Shown here: positions 24,695-36,429 of the stretch, piece after piece
Layout: every line of letters starts with the position of its first letter
Position numbering within the stretch: the stretch's first letter is position 1
Source: Octopus sinensis
Lineage: Eukaryota
Assembly: GCF_006345805.1 (NCBI RefSeq)
Contig: NC_042999.1
Coordinates: 148,304,001 to 148,368,000, forward strand
Direction of reading: 5' to 3'
Length of the DNA stretch: 64,000 bases
Translations under genes and position numbers: made by a program
Notes under the pieces: model-generated
Told to the model about the DNA's origin: nothing
What the model saw: only the letters and a program-made list of their open reading frames with translations
Databases searched by the model: none

Positions 24695-25000
24695 TGGAGG
24701 CACATGGCCTAATGGTTAGAGCAGCGGATTCGCGGTCAGGGGATCGCGGTTTCGAATCTCAGACTGGGCGATGTGTGTGTTTATGAGCGAAACACCTAAG
24801 CTCCATGCATCTCTGGCAGAAGGTAATGGCAAACTTCTGACTCTTTCGTCACAACTTCCTCTCACTCTTTCCTCCTGCAGCTTGCCACTCACCTGCGACA
24901 GACCAGCGTCCTGTCCAGGTGGGGAACCTATACACCACAGAAACCGGTAAACCAGCCCTTATGAGACAGGCATGGCTCAAGAAGGAACAAACAAACAAAA
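24695..25000 (+). mobile_element. tRNA-derived SINE (second copy on minus strand about 42455-42750)
   Basis: A-box TGGCCTAATGG, B-box-like GTTTCGAATC, shared body, (CAAA)n tail. Confidence 0.75.
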
Positions 25001-25446
25001 TATATATACTTGTATGTGTAGGTATTCATATATATATAGGGTGCGGTGAATAAATTGTCACCTAAATTATACAAAAAGGAAAATAACACTGTAATCTCAT
25101 TTTAAAAGATATATTTATCAAAATTACATAAAAATATCTTGAAATACTAAAGAGTAAATTTATTCAATAAAATCGCCATTGGCTCTAGCCACAGACTTCA
25201 GACAACTTTGGAAACCCCTGCAATACTTCTGGACAGTCTCCTTGTTGGTGAATGTTGCCTTAATTTTTGCCATCAGTTCATCTTTGGTGTTATATGGAGT
25301 TTTGTTGCTCTCTTGCACAACTGCATCCCACACCTAATAAAGGGGACTGCAATCTGGGGAAGTAGGTGGCCAGAAGCCCATTGTTTGTATTATAGTGCAT
25401 TATTGTAAAATTCAAAACTTTTTATTCTTTATATATATATATATAC

Positions 25447-25835
25447 TCTTTTACTTGTTTCAGTCATTTGACTGCGGCCATGCTGGAGCATCACCTTTAA
25501 TCGAGCAACTCGACCCCGGGACTTATTCTTTTGTAAGCCCAGTACTTATTCTATCAGTCTCTTTTGCCGAACCGCTAAGTAACGGGGACATAAACACACC
25601 AGCATCGATTGTCAAGCAATGCAGGGGCCACAAACACAGACACACAAACACATATATATATATACATATATACGACGGGCTTCTTTCAGTTTCCGTCTAC
25701 CAAATCCACTCACAAGGCTTTGGTCGGCCCAAGGCTATAGTAGAAGACACTTGCCGAAGGTGCCACGCAGTGGGACTGAACCCGGAACCATGTGGTTGGT
25801 AAACAAGCTACTTACCACACAGCCACGCCTGCGCC
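25447..25835 (-). mobile_element. tRNA-derived SINE with internal microsatellite (related copies or halves near 8930-9330, 25850-26005, 40260-40400, 41720-42055, 54675-56290, 60350-60500, 63790-64000)
   Basis: Head GGCGTGGCTGTGTGGTAAG...GGTTCAGTCCCACTGCG, (TA/CA)n centre, conserved body with CAGTCATTTGACTGCGGCCATGCTGG on the + strand. Confidence 0.8.
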
Positions 25836-26779
25836 TATTATATATGCGATAGGCTTCTTTTAGTTTCAATCTACCAAATCCACTTACAAGACTTTGGTTG
25901 GCTTGAGGCTACAGTAGAAGACACTTGCCCAAGGTGCCGCACAGTGGGACTGAACCTGGAACCATAAGGTTAGGAGGCGAGCTTCTTACCACACAGCCAT
26001 GCCTATATACATATATATTTTATATGCAGTTAAGTATCTATCCAGTCATAGTGACCAATAGTTTCTTATTTCTTTATTGCCCACAAGGGGCTAAACATAG
26101 AGGGGACAAACAAGGACAAGGGGATTAAGTCGATTACATCGACTCCAGTGCGTAACTGGTACTTAATTTATAGACCCCGAAAGGATGAAAGGCAGTGTCG
26201 ACCTCGGCGGAATTTGAACTCAGAACGTAACGGCAGACGAAATACCGCTAAACATTTCGTCCGGCGTGCTAATGTTTCTGCCAGCTCGCCGCCTAATAGA
26301 GTGACCTATAGTTTCATGTCCATTAAGCCCTTCACTTTATGGGCAACTCGTCAGACAAATGGCAAAGGATATATACTTCTCCAAACTGTGGAGGTAGAAA
26401 TCTGTTACGGTCACTTAATTAGTAAACAAAGAATAAACAATCCGGGTCAATGAGGATGGGTTATCTCCCTTAGACCAATTCAGTTGGCGGTCTGTACGGA
26501 CTAAATTGGCAAGTAGGGAACTCCACTCTTAGATGGCATGGACTTTTCCAGATCAAATCAGTGAATGAGGAATCCCATACTTGCAGCAGGTAGCGTTTGA
26601 AATGAAGGCAGGGAATATAAATCTCATACCAGAAATATAATAATCTTGGTTCCAGGGAGTCTTTGACGATCCTTGGATTTTTTTCCCACTCAGTTATGGA
26701 AGGCTTGCAGTGTCTGTTCCCATTGATATGAGATACGTGTGCATATATACATATACACACACACGCACACACACTCATA

Positions 26780-27370
26780 TATATAGCTTTTCCTTCTTTG
26801 GACACCAAACTTTGCTTGCGAAGACCTGTTGAGGCAAGTGAAATCAAAATCGAAATCAATTCGATGACTGGCATCCGTGCTAGCGGGGTGCAAAGAGCGC
26901 CATACGAGTATGATCGTTGACAGAGCGGCTATTCGAGTATGATCCTTACCAGCGTCGCCTTACTGGCGCTTATGCCTGTGCTAGTAGGGTACCAAGAACA
27001 CCATCCGAACGTGACCGTTGTAATCGTTGCCAGAGCAGCCGGCTGGCTTCCATACCCGTGGCACGTAAAAGAGCACCATTCGAGCGTGATCGTTACCAAT
27101 GTCGCTTCACTGGCACTTGTATCGGTGCCACGTGTAAAAAGATTCCAGCGAGGTCATTACCAGTACCGCCTGACTGGCCCCTGTGCAGGTGGCACGTAAA
27201 AAGCATCCACTAAACTTTCGGAGTGGTTGGCGTTAGGAAGGGCATCCAGCTGTAGAAACTCTGCCAGATCAAGACTGGAGCCTGGTGCAGCCATCTGGTT
27301 GCTAGCCCTCAGTCAAAATTGTCCAACCCATGCTAGCATGGAGAACAGACGTTAAATGATGATGATGATA
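26780..27370 (+). mobile_element. RTE 3' UTR copy with its own diverged tandem array (many shorter tail-only copies, e.g. about 1790-2000, 3825-4160, 6846-6995, 11370-11550, 37495-37650, 39445-39600, 42780-43075, 43230-43420, 57655-57790, 59530-59755, 62450-62762)
   Basis: Shared GAGTGGTTGGCGTTAGGAAGGGCATCCAGC...CCAACCCATGCYAGCATGG...TAAAYGATGATGAT terminus. Confidence 0.88.
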
Positions 27371-27448
27371 TATATATATATATATATATATCATCATCAT
27401 CATCATCATCGTTTAACGTCCACTTTCCAGGCTAGCATGGGTTGGACG

Positions 27449-27482
<34 letters not shown>

Positions 27483-27642
27483 GGGATCTCTCTTTGTCTA
27501 TATATATATAAATATCTGTATGCTTGTACATATGTGCTTTTCTGAACATATTTAATTATATGTATCTATATATATGTGTGCGTGTGTTTAGTTATATATA
27601 TCAAATCTGCTTGTGTTTGTCTGCATCACTATCTGTCTCTCT

Positions 27643-27685
<43 letters not shown>

Positions 27686-27865
27686 ATATATATATATATT
27701 GGGGGATCTCTCTTTGTCTATATATATATATAAATATCTGTATGCTTGTACATATGTGCTTTTCTGAACATATTTAATTATATGTATCTATATATATGTG
27801 TGCGTGTGTTTAGTTATATATATCAAATCTACTTGTGTTTGTCTGCATCACTATCTGTCTCTCTA

Positions 27866-27923
<58 letters not shown>

Positions 27924-27946
27924 TCCATACACACACACAACACGCA

Positions 27947-28018
<72 letters not shown>

Positions 28019-28396
28019 ACAAAGTGAAGTTGTAAGGTACCACACAAGTGGAAATATATATGAAAGAAGGTTTGAAATGCACTTTTAAAGATGTTTATTC
28101 ACTTAACCAGTTAGAAAAAGATTGTCAAAAGTGAAATGTAAAGCTTTGTATAAGCTTTGTTGTGTAAAGTACTAGTTGTCACAAAAGTATTAAAATACAT
28201 ATGTACTTTTGTGACAACTAGTACTTTACACAATAAAGCTTATACAAAGATGTTTATTCACTTGACTGGTTTCACTCTTTTAGTAAACGATTGTCAAAAT
28301 TTTACTTTTGACAATCGTTTACTAAAAGAGTGAAACCAGTCAAGTGAATAAACATCTTTAAAATTGCATTTTCAAACCTTCTTTCATATATATATA

Positions 28397-30473
28397 CTAG
28401 CTGAAGGTGACCCGCTCTACGCGCGGGTAAGAGTGTGGTTGTTACTTTCTGTTGCTTCCTTTCAGCAAGTAAAAAGCACCATCCGAACGTGGCGGATTGC
28501 AGCGCCGCCTTGACTGGCTTCTGTGCTGGTGGCACGTAAAAAGCACCAACCGATCGTGGCCGCTGCCAGCCCCCCTGGCACCTGTGCAGGCGGCACGAAT
28601 AAAGCACCAACTACGCTCACAGAGTGGTTGGCGTTAGGAAGGGCATCAACCTGTCGAAACACTGCCAGATCAGACTGGAGCCTGGTGCAGCCTCCTGGCT
28701 TCCCAGACCCCTCTCAAACTGTCCAACCCGTGCTAGCACGGAAAACGGACGTTAAACGATGATGATGATGATGATGATGATGATGATCCCTCTTTGTTTC
28801 TTTCTCCTTTCTCTCTCTCACTTTCCCACTCTCTTACTCTTCCTTTCTCTCGGACTCTCCCTCGCTTTCTCTTACTCTCTATCTTTATGTATCTCTCTCC
28901 CATTTATAAACAACAAAAGATCTTGAGCAAGTTGAGAAATAAAATATTTAGAAAGATCAATCATAAATATCAGGCAGTTACAAAGGAAAGGTCTGCTTGA
29001 AGACAGACAGCAAAACACTAACATTTAAAAGGGACAGACGAATTTGCGAGCTGAATAAAAATAATAAAATATTGGAAACCAAAGTTTGAAGGGATAGAAT
29101 TTGAGGATAGTAGAGTCACCATGGCTGGCATTTCTTAACGACGGACAGCAACGTATTGACAGTTCAACGGCTGGCGTAAAAGTTTGAACTTGATGTAAAA
29201 GAAAATCCCTAAAAACCAAGTTTTGACTTGATTCTTTCTCACGACAGTAGACTCACGATGGCAAGCATTCAAAACTTCTTCATCATGGACGGCAACACAT
29301 TGACGATTAAAAGGCTGGAGCAAATTTTTTAGCTTGATGTAACAGAGAATTGCTAAACACCCGCTCCTTTAAATTTTAATCCCCTTCCAGCCCCATTTAT
29401 ACCCCTTTTCACCTTTTGGTTAATATAACCCGATTTAATTTGGGTCTACTGGGGCCACATTTTATAAGATGAGGACTCAACCAAGTTTCCCAAGTTCTGG
29501 TCATAGACCATAGAACACTCAACCAAGTTTCCCGATTTCTGGTCATAGACCATAGAACAGTCAAGCAAGTTTCCCGAGTTCTGGTCATAGACCATAGAAC
29601 ACTCAACCAAGTTTCCCGAGTTCTGGTCATAGACCATAGAACACTAAACTAAGTTTCCCGAGTTCTGGTCATTTGCAGAATAAATAGAGACGGCGGAGGT
29701 GGCAGACGTCGTTGCAATGTAAACATGATTTGTTATAAGAGAAAGATTGTCCAGATTGTGTGTTGGTGGTGGCGATGATAATTATCATTAGGAAAAAGAG
29801 TGAGTGAGTGAGGAAGACATACATAAGTTGTGGCGATGATAATTGTAGACCCCTTTTCACATTTTGATGAAGAGAACCCGATTTCATTGGGTGTACTGGG
29901 GCTACATGTGTGTGTGTGTGTGTGCACGCTGTAGAAATTAAATTAGAGATAAAACCACTAATAGGGAAATGAAACAGTAAAAAACCAAAAACAAAAACAT
30001 AAAAATAAAAATATAATATTAGATATATGTATGTGTGTGTGTGTGTGTGTGTGTTGACAGGTAGACAATAGAATGCGATGGCGATGGGGATGGCGATGTA
30101 ATATTTGTTACTGTCCATGAACGCTGATAGATACATGAGTAAAATGTATAGGAAGGTAAGAGATAGAGTGAGTGAAAATGTTCTTGGAAGAGAGTAAATA
30201 GCTACAGAGTGATTTGAGGAAGACTTTACATTAAATAACGGTAGTTGCATTGTCAAATGAAGAGGAGTGACAGAGTACTGGAGGAAATAGGGTGAGGTAG
30301 GAAGATGGCCCCTAGCAACCACACCTTTTAAGATATGGATTTCTAAGGTAGCCCACGCGCATCGTCACCTCATTCTACATGTCCCTGTAAATTTTGGAGC
30401 GAATCGGACGGGATGTAGTGGCATTGAAAGCGAACCAAGCGGTAAAAACGCATTTCAGTTTTATATATAGAGA
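28397..30473 (-). mobile_element. Non-autonomous Helitron, unit 1 of a head-to-tail dimer (~2.08 kb)
   Basis: Minus strand 5' TCTCTATATATAAAACTG, 3' GC hairpin ACCCGC..GCGGGT then CTAG|T; contains an RTE 3' end (about 28462-28786) and a 37-bp minisatellite. Confidence 0.85.
29455..29670. repeat. 37-bp minisatellite, about 5.5 copies (repeated at about 31375-31570)
   Basis: AACCAAGTTTCCCGAGTTCTGGTCATAGACCATAGAACACTC-type units without spacers. Confidence 0.9.
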
Positions 30474-30668
30474 CTAGCTGAAGGTGACCCGCTCTACGCG
30501 CGGGTAAGAGTGTGGTTGTTACTTTCTGTTGCTTCCTTTCAGCACGTAAAAAGCACCATCCGAACGTGGCGGATTGCAGCGCCGCCTTGACTGGCTTCTG
30601 TGCTGGTGGCTTCCCAGACCCCTGTCAAACTGTCCAACCCGTGCTAGCACGGAAAACGGACGTTAAAC

Positions 30669-30705
<37 letters not shown>

Positions 30706-32373
30706 CTCCCTCTTTGTTTCTTTCTCCTTTCTCTCTCACTTTCCCACTCTCTTACTCTCCCTCGCTTTCTCTTACTCTCTATCTTTATGTATCTCTCTCC
30801 CATTTATAAACAACAAAAGATCTTGAGTAAGTTGAGAAATAAAATATTTAGAAAGATCAATCATAAATATCCGGCAGTTACAAAGGAAAGGTCTGCTTGA
30901 AGACAGACAGCAAAACACTAACATTTAAAAGGACAGACGAACTTGCGAGCTGAATAAAAATAATAAAATATTGGAAACCAAAGTTTGAAGGGATAGAATT
31001 TGAGGATAGTAGAGTCACCATGGCTGGCATTTCTTAACGACGGACAGCAACGTATTGACAGTTCAACGGCTGGCGTAAAAGTTTGAACTTGATGTAAAAG
31101 AAAATCCCTAAAAACCAAGTTTTGACTTGATTCTTTCTCACGACAGTAGACTCACGATGGCAAGCATTCAAAACTTCTTCATCATGGACGGCAACACATT
31201 GACGATTAAAAGGCTGGAGCAAATTTTTTAGCTTGATGTAACAGAGAATTGCTAAACACCCGCTCCTTTAAATTTTAATCCCCTTCCAGCCCCATTTATA
31301 CCCCTTTTCACCTTTTGGTTAATATAACCCGATTTAATTTGGGTCTACTGGGGCCACATTTTATAAGATGAGGACTCAACCAAGTTCCCAAGTTCTGGTC
31401 ATAGACCATAGAACACTCAACCAAGTTTCCCGATTTCTGGTCATAGACCATAGAACAGTCAAGCAAGTTTCCCGAGTTCTGGTCATAGACCATAGAACAT
31501 TCAACCAAGTTTCCCGAGTTCTGGTCATAGACCATAGAACACTAAACTAAGTTTCCCGAGTTCTGGTCATTTGCAGAATAAATAGAGACGGCGGAGGTGG
31601 CAGACGTCGTTGCAATGTAAACATGATTTGTTATAAGAGAAAGATTGTCCAGATTGTGTGTTGGTGGTGGCGATGATAATTATCATTAGGAAAAAGAGTG
31701 AGTGAGTGAGGAAGACATACATAAGTTGTGGCGATGATAATTGTAGACCCCTTTTCACATTTTGATGAAGAGAACCCGATTTCATTCGGGTGTACTGGGG
31801 CTACATGTGTGTGTGTGTGTGTGCACGCTGTAGAAATTAAATTAGAGATAAAACCACTAATAGGGAAATGAAACAGTAAAAAACCAAAAACAAAAACAAA
31901 AATAAAAATATAATATTAGATATATGAATATATGTGTGTGTGTGTGTGTGTGTTGACAGGTAGACAATAGAATGTGATGGCGATGGGGATGGCGAGTAAT
32001 ATTTGTTACTGTCCATGAACGCTGAGAGATACATGAGTAAAACGTATAGGAAGGTAAGAGATAGAGTGAGTGAAAATGTTCTTGGAAGAGAGTAAATAGC
32101 TACAGAGTGATTTGAGGAAGACTTTACATTAAATAACGGTAGTTGCATTGTCAAATGAAGAGGAGTGACAGAGTACTGGAGGAAATAGGGTGAGGTAGGA
32201 AGATGGCCCCTAGCAACCACACCTTTTAAGATAGGGATTTCTAAGGTAGCCCACGCGCATCGTCACCTCATTCTACATGTCCCTGTAAATTTTGGAGCGA
32301 ATCGGACGGAACGTAGTGAGTGGCATTGAAAGCGAACCAAGCGGTAAAAACGCATTTCAGTTTTATATATAGA
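30474..32373 (-). mobile_element. Non-autonomous Helitron, unit 2 of the dimer (~1.90 kb)
   Basis: Near-identical to unit 1, A|TC 5' end at 32373, CTAG 3' end abutting the TC of unit 1; 166-bp deletion in the RTE piece. Confidence 0.85.
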
Positions 32374-32662
32374 TATATATATATATATATATATGGACTG
32401 ATATCTGTATACATACATATATATGTATGGACTGATAGAGAGAGGGAAGGAGGAATATATCCCTCCTTCACTCTCTATCAGTCCACACACCCATCCACAT
32501 GTATATATGTATTTTACCTCAAATTTATTATTTTCATGCTTCTTTCAATCATTGCATGCAGCCAGGTTTGCCCTTTTATATAAATATAATCCGATTGGTC
32601 TTGATCTATTTTACATTTTCTATACGTAATATCATTAAAATCTTTCAACTGCTAGGAAGAAG

Positions 32663-32708
32663 TGAACCCTGAGGAGGCTTTAATGAATGCTGAAACTAGT
32701 CAATCCAA
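32663..32708 (+). ncRNA. Decayed minimal hammerhead-like motif
   Basis: CUGAGGAG-GC..GC-U-GAAACUAGUC with palindromic ACUAGU; stem I disrupted. Confidence 0.4.
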
Positions 32709-32738
32709 TCTACCATCATGTCTGCTGAGATGTTTGTG

Positions 32739-32780
<42 letters not shown>

Positions 32781-33387
32781 CATGATGATGATCATTTAAT
32801 GTCTATGTTCCATGCTAGCATGGTTGGAATGGTACCACAAGAGCTGGCCAAGCCGAAGCCTGCTCTGGACTTCTGTGATTGTTTTGGCAGGATTTTTACA
32901 GCTGGATGCCCTTCTTATATATATATATATATATATAAAATTATATTTAATTGTAAGATCCAAGGATTTACGTGTAGGAAGCCAATATGATTCAAGAGTC
33001 TGTTGTAGGTTTTTCCCATATCACAGTTCGATAAGTTGAAATAAGTGTTTTTGTAGTTCACGTTGAGTAACTAGGGTTAGTATGAATGTGAATAAAAAAT
33101 CCAAATTGAGGGAATGAAGCATGTAAATTCAAGCTACATGTTTCCTAAGTAGCAAAACCTTGGAAGAAAATGATTATTCAACAAGGGGTATTCCACTCAG
33201 TACTCATCAAGTTAAAGATACCTTAAAGAAATCCCGGATAAACCCCCTACACCCGGATATGTCTCTGTAAACAATAACTCTCTACTTGAGTGGGCCATAG
33301 TGCCCAAATTCTGACTTGAAAGACTTCACCAGGTGGTGCTATTAAGTTAGACATGGCCTGGGCCAATAATGGCCGAAACCTATCAAA

Positions 33388-33481
33388 GTATATATATACA
33401 TATATATACATATACATATACATATATATATACATATATATATACATATACATATATATATACATATATATATATATATAC

Positions 33482-33512
<31 letters not shown>

Positions 33513-34008
33513 CATATACATACATATATATATGTATATATATATATATACATACATATATATATACATACATATACATATATATATATACATACATATA
33601 TATGTATATATATATATATACATACATATGTATATATATATACATATACATACATATATATATTGTATATATATATATATGTATATATATATATACATAT
33701 ATATATATAATATATATATACATACATACATATATATGTATATATATATACATACATATATATATTGTATATATATACATACATATATATATGTATATAT
33801 ACATACATATATATGTATATACATACATATATATATGTATATATATATACATATATATATATGTATATACATACATACATATATATATGTATATATATAC
33901 ATACATATATAATGTATACACACACATATATATGTATATATATATATACATACATATATGTATACACACACACACATATATATATACATACATACATATA
34001 TGTATACA

Positions 34009-34045
<37 letters not shown>
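33388..34045. repeat. Complex (TA)n/(TATACA)n microsatellite, ~660 bp
   Basis: Almost entirely T/A alternation with scattered C and G; source of the spurious Y/I-rich ORFs. Confidence 0.97.
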
Positions 34046-34047
<2 letters not shown>

Positions 34048-34365
34048 GTAGGCTGAGGACAACAGTTTAATTTTCCTGCAGTTTAATGCAGGAAAATTCC
34101 AGGCCCTACACTACCAATGCACAAAGCTAAACAACATGAGGACTCTGCAAACATTTTTGGCAACCATTGTTGTCTTTCTTTACTTAATTTATTGTTGCTT
34201 TCCGTTCCTCCTTTTTACCCTATTCCAATAAACTGTAGTGCACTTAAGCAATACATACAATAAACTTGTTAACATCTCTAATGATGAAGTTGATAATCAG
34301 GAAAATATTCCATCTAATTCTCAAGTATTTTTCAATTACTAACTTGACTGTTATTTATTATTCAG

Positions 34366-34658
34366 GAAAACCTGTTGATGACCCAGATCACATCGATTAT
34401 GTTCCAACAGTATTCAAAACAACACCACAAATGGCATCACGTCCCAAAAAGCGGAAGAAATTACCCGATTCTTACAGATCTATCAAAAAGTTTCATCACA
34501 ATATGGAAGCTGCTTATGAAGCTGCAGAAGCTCTTATAACCCTGGCAAAAACACAGAATACCCAAACATCCTTGAACTCTACCAGTGACAATACAATCCC
34601 AGTCAATTCTATTGAAAATCTTTCTTCAAACACATCAAATTTTTCTGATAGCAAATAA
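34366..34658 (+). CDS. THAP-domain protein, coding exon 2 (166 aa total if joined to exon 1)
   Basis: TTCAG acceptor in matching phase gives HFVSG-KPVDDPDHIDYVPTVF, completing the THAP C-terminal VPTxF motif; then RPKKRKK (NLS-like) and EAAEALITL; TAA at 34656-34658. Confidence 0.82.
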
Positions 34659-34694
34659 CTATGGCTACTCAACAAAAATGCAGCTATTAAGAAA

Positions 34695-35058
34695 TTGCAT
34701 TTGTTTCTCCACCTGTCTAACACCCGTGGACATGTTTACAAAGTCAGAAAACAGCACAGCTCCCATGACTTTTGGAAACATTTTTTCACACTAAGAGTTG
34801 CTGAAGTATGGAACAAACTGCCGGCATCAGTTGTAAGTTGTCGGAGCACTGCGTCCTTCAAAACTTCCATGCTTCCTGAGATTCACCAACACTACACCTG
34901 ATTTTCCCCATCTCCATACACATGCAAGCATGTATCTGACTCATACACTGTTCACTTCCCAGACATTTGTACATTACTGCATATGCTTTATACGCACTTT
35001 TGACAAGTTGTGGTGCACCTGAGCACTGTATACAATAATTTCATTATTATTATTATTT
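34695..35058 (+). mobile_element. CR1-type LINE 3' end
   Basis: TRGHVYKVRK...FFTLRVAEVWNKLP...SFK is the CR1 ORF2 C-terminal pattern; (ATT)n tail. Confidence 0.82.
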
Positions 35059-35425
35059 TGTAAAATATTCCATGATTAAAGTCACTTCCTTTGAACTCTA
35101 TCATTGTAAATACTCATAGACTAATACCTTTCTTCAAAATTACTGGACTTGTGTTTTATTATTATCATCATCATTGTTATTTACAATGGACAGACAGGTG
35201 TCTTCACCTTGTTTGTTGTTACCATAATGTTTCAGCTGGTGTACTCACCAGCCTTCATCAGGTGTTCTGGTGGAATTTTGAACCCAACCCTTTATTTGAC
35301 AAACGGGGTACTCTGTTCTCATTCCTAAAACATTCTTTTTTTTACTGATGTTATTTTTTCTGTTGATATTATTTCCCAAGCCCCTGGGATTAAACTCAGA
35401 ATCTGAGGGTTAGTAGCCCATACGG

Positions 35426-35715
35426 GCATATAACATAGAGGATAAGAGCAAGGGCTACTAACCCTCAGATTCTAAGTTCAATCCCAGGCAGGGACTTGGG
35501 AAACAATATCAACAGAGAAAAATAACACCAGCATAAAAGAATACCTTAGGAATGAGAACATTGAACCCCATTACTCAAATAAAGGGTAGGGTTCAAAATT
35601 CCACCAGAACACCCGATAAAGGCTGAAGAGTACATCAGCTGAAACATTGTGGTAACAAGGTGAGGACACCTGTCCATCCATTATAAATAATGTACATAAT
35701 TCCTCATCTCAATAA
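35426..35715 (+). mobile_element. tRNA-headed short element with a hammerhead-like, Penelope-type 3' part; inverted partner at 35177-35419
   Basis: A-box-like TAACATAGAGG (35431), GGG-CTACTAA-CCC arm, B-box-like GTTCAATCC (35476), decayed C(T)GAT(G)A-AG-GCTGA..TCAGC-TGAAAC core at about 35605-35655. Confidence 0.6.
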
Positions 35716-35744
35716 TATAGAATAGTATCATCATCATTATTATT

Positions 35745-36415
35745 AAAGTGGGGAGCTGACATGATCATTAGTGCATCAGATAAAATGCTTTATGGTATTT
35801 CTTTCAGCAACTTTACATTCTGAGTTCAACTTTACCTTTCATCCTTTTAGGGTCAATAAAATAGGTTCAAGTTGAGCACTGGGGTCAATGTAATTGACTA
35901 ACTCTCTTCCCATAAAATTTGAGGTCTTGTTAATTAAAAGAATTATTATTAAGGCAGTGAGCTGGCAGAATCATTAACACACTGGTTGAAATGCTTAGCA
36001 GCATTTCATCTATCTTTTCATTCTGAGCTCAAATTCCTCCAAGGTCGACTTTGCCTTTCATCCTTTTGTGTCAATTGAGTACCAGTGAAACACTGGGGGT
36101 CGATGTAATCGACTAATCCCCTCCCACCAAATTTCAGGCCATGTGCCTTTATTAGAAAGGAATATTATTATTATTATTATTATTATCATCATCATTAAGT
36201 CGGCAAGCTGGCAGAATTGTTAGTACGCCAGGCAAAATGCTTAGCAGTATTTCGTCTGTTGCTATGTTCTAAGTTCAAATTCCGCTAAAGTTGGCTTTGC
36301 CTTTCATCCTTTCGGAGTTGATTAAATAAGTATCAGTTACACACTGGGGTCAATGTAATTGACTTAATCCCATCCCCCAAATTTGAGGCCTTGTGCTTCT
36401 AGTCGAAAGGATTAT
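35745..36415 (+). mobile_element. Three adjacent copies of a third tRNA-derived SINE family (also minus strand about 26080-26295)
   Basis: Each begins GG(C/G)AG..AGCTGGCAGAA.., carries GAGTTCAAATTCC and CTTTGCCTTTCATCCTTT.GGGGTC, and is separated by (ATT)n tails. Confidence 0.75.
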
Positions 36416-36429
36416 TATTATTATTGAGA

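Noticed and set aside
24695-24775. Functional tRNA gene (also 35426-35495 and 57172-57245)
   Set aside because: Only degenerate A/B boxes continuing into SINE bodies; no complete cloverleaf.
29409-29670. 37-bp repeats as a CRISPR array or repeat protein
   Set aside because: Head-to-tail minisatellite without spacers, inside a Helitron.
33247-34070. Long Y/I/M/C-rich ORFs (up to 271 aa), and similar ones at 27524-28082
   Set aside because: They are translations of (TA)n/(CA)n microsatellites.
34400-34520. HCF-1 binding motif in the THAP protein
   Set aside because: No D/E-H-x-Y match; DHIDY has the wrong spacing.
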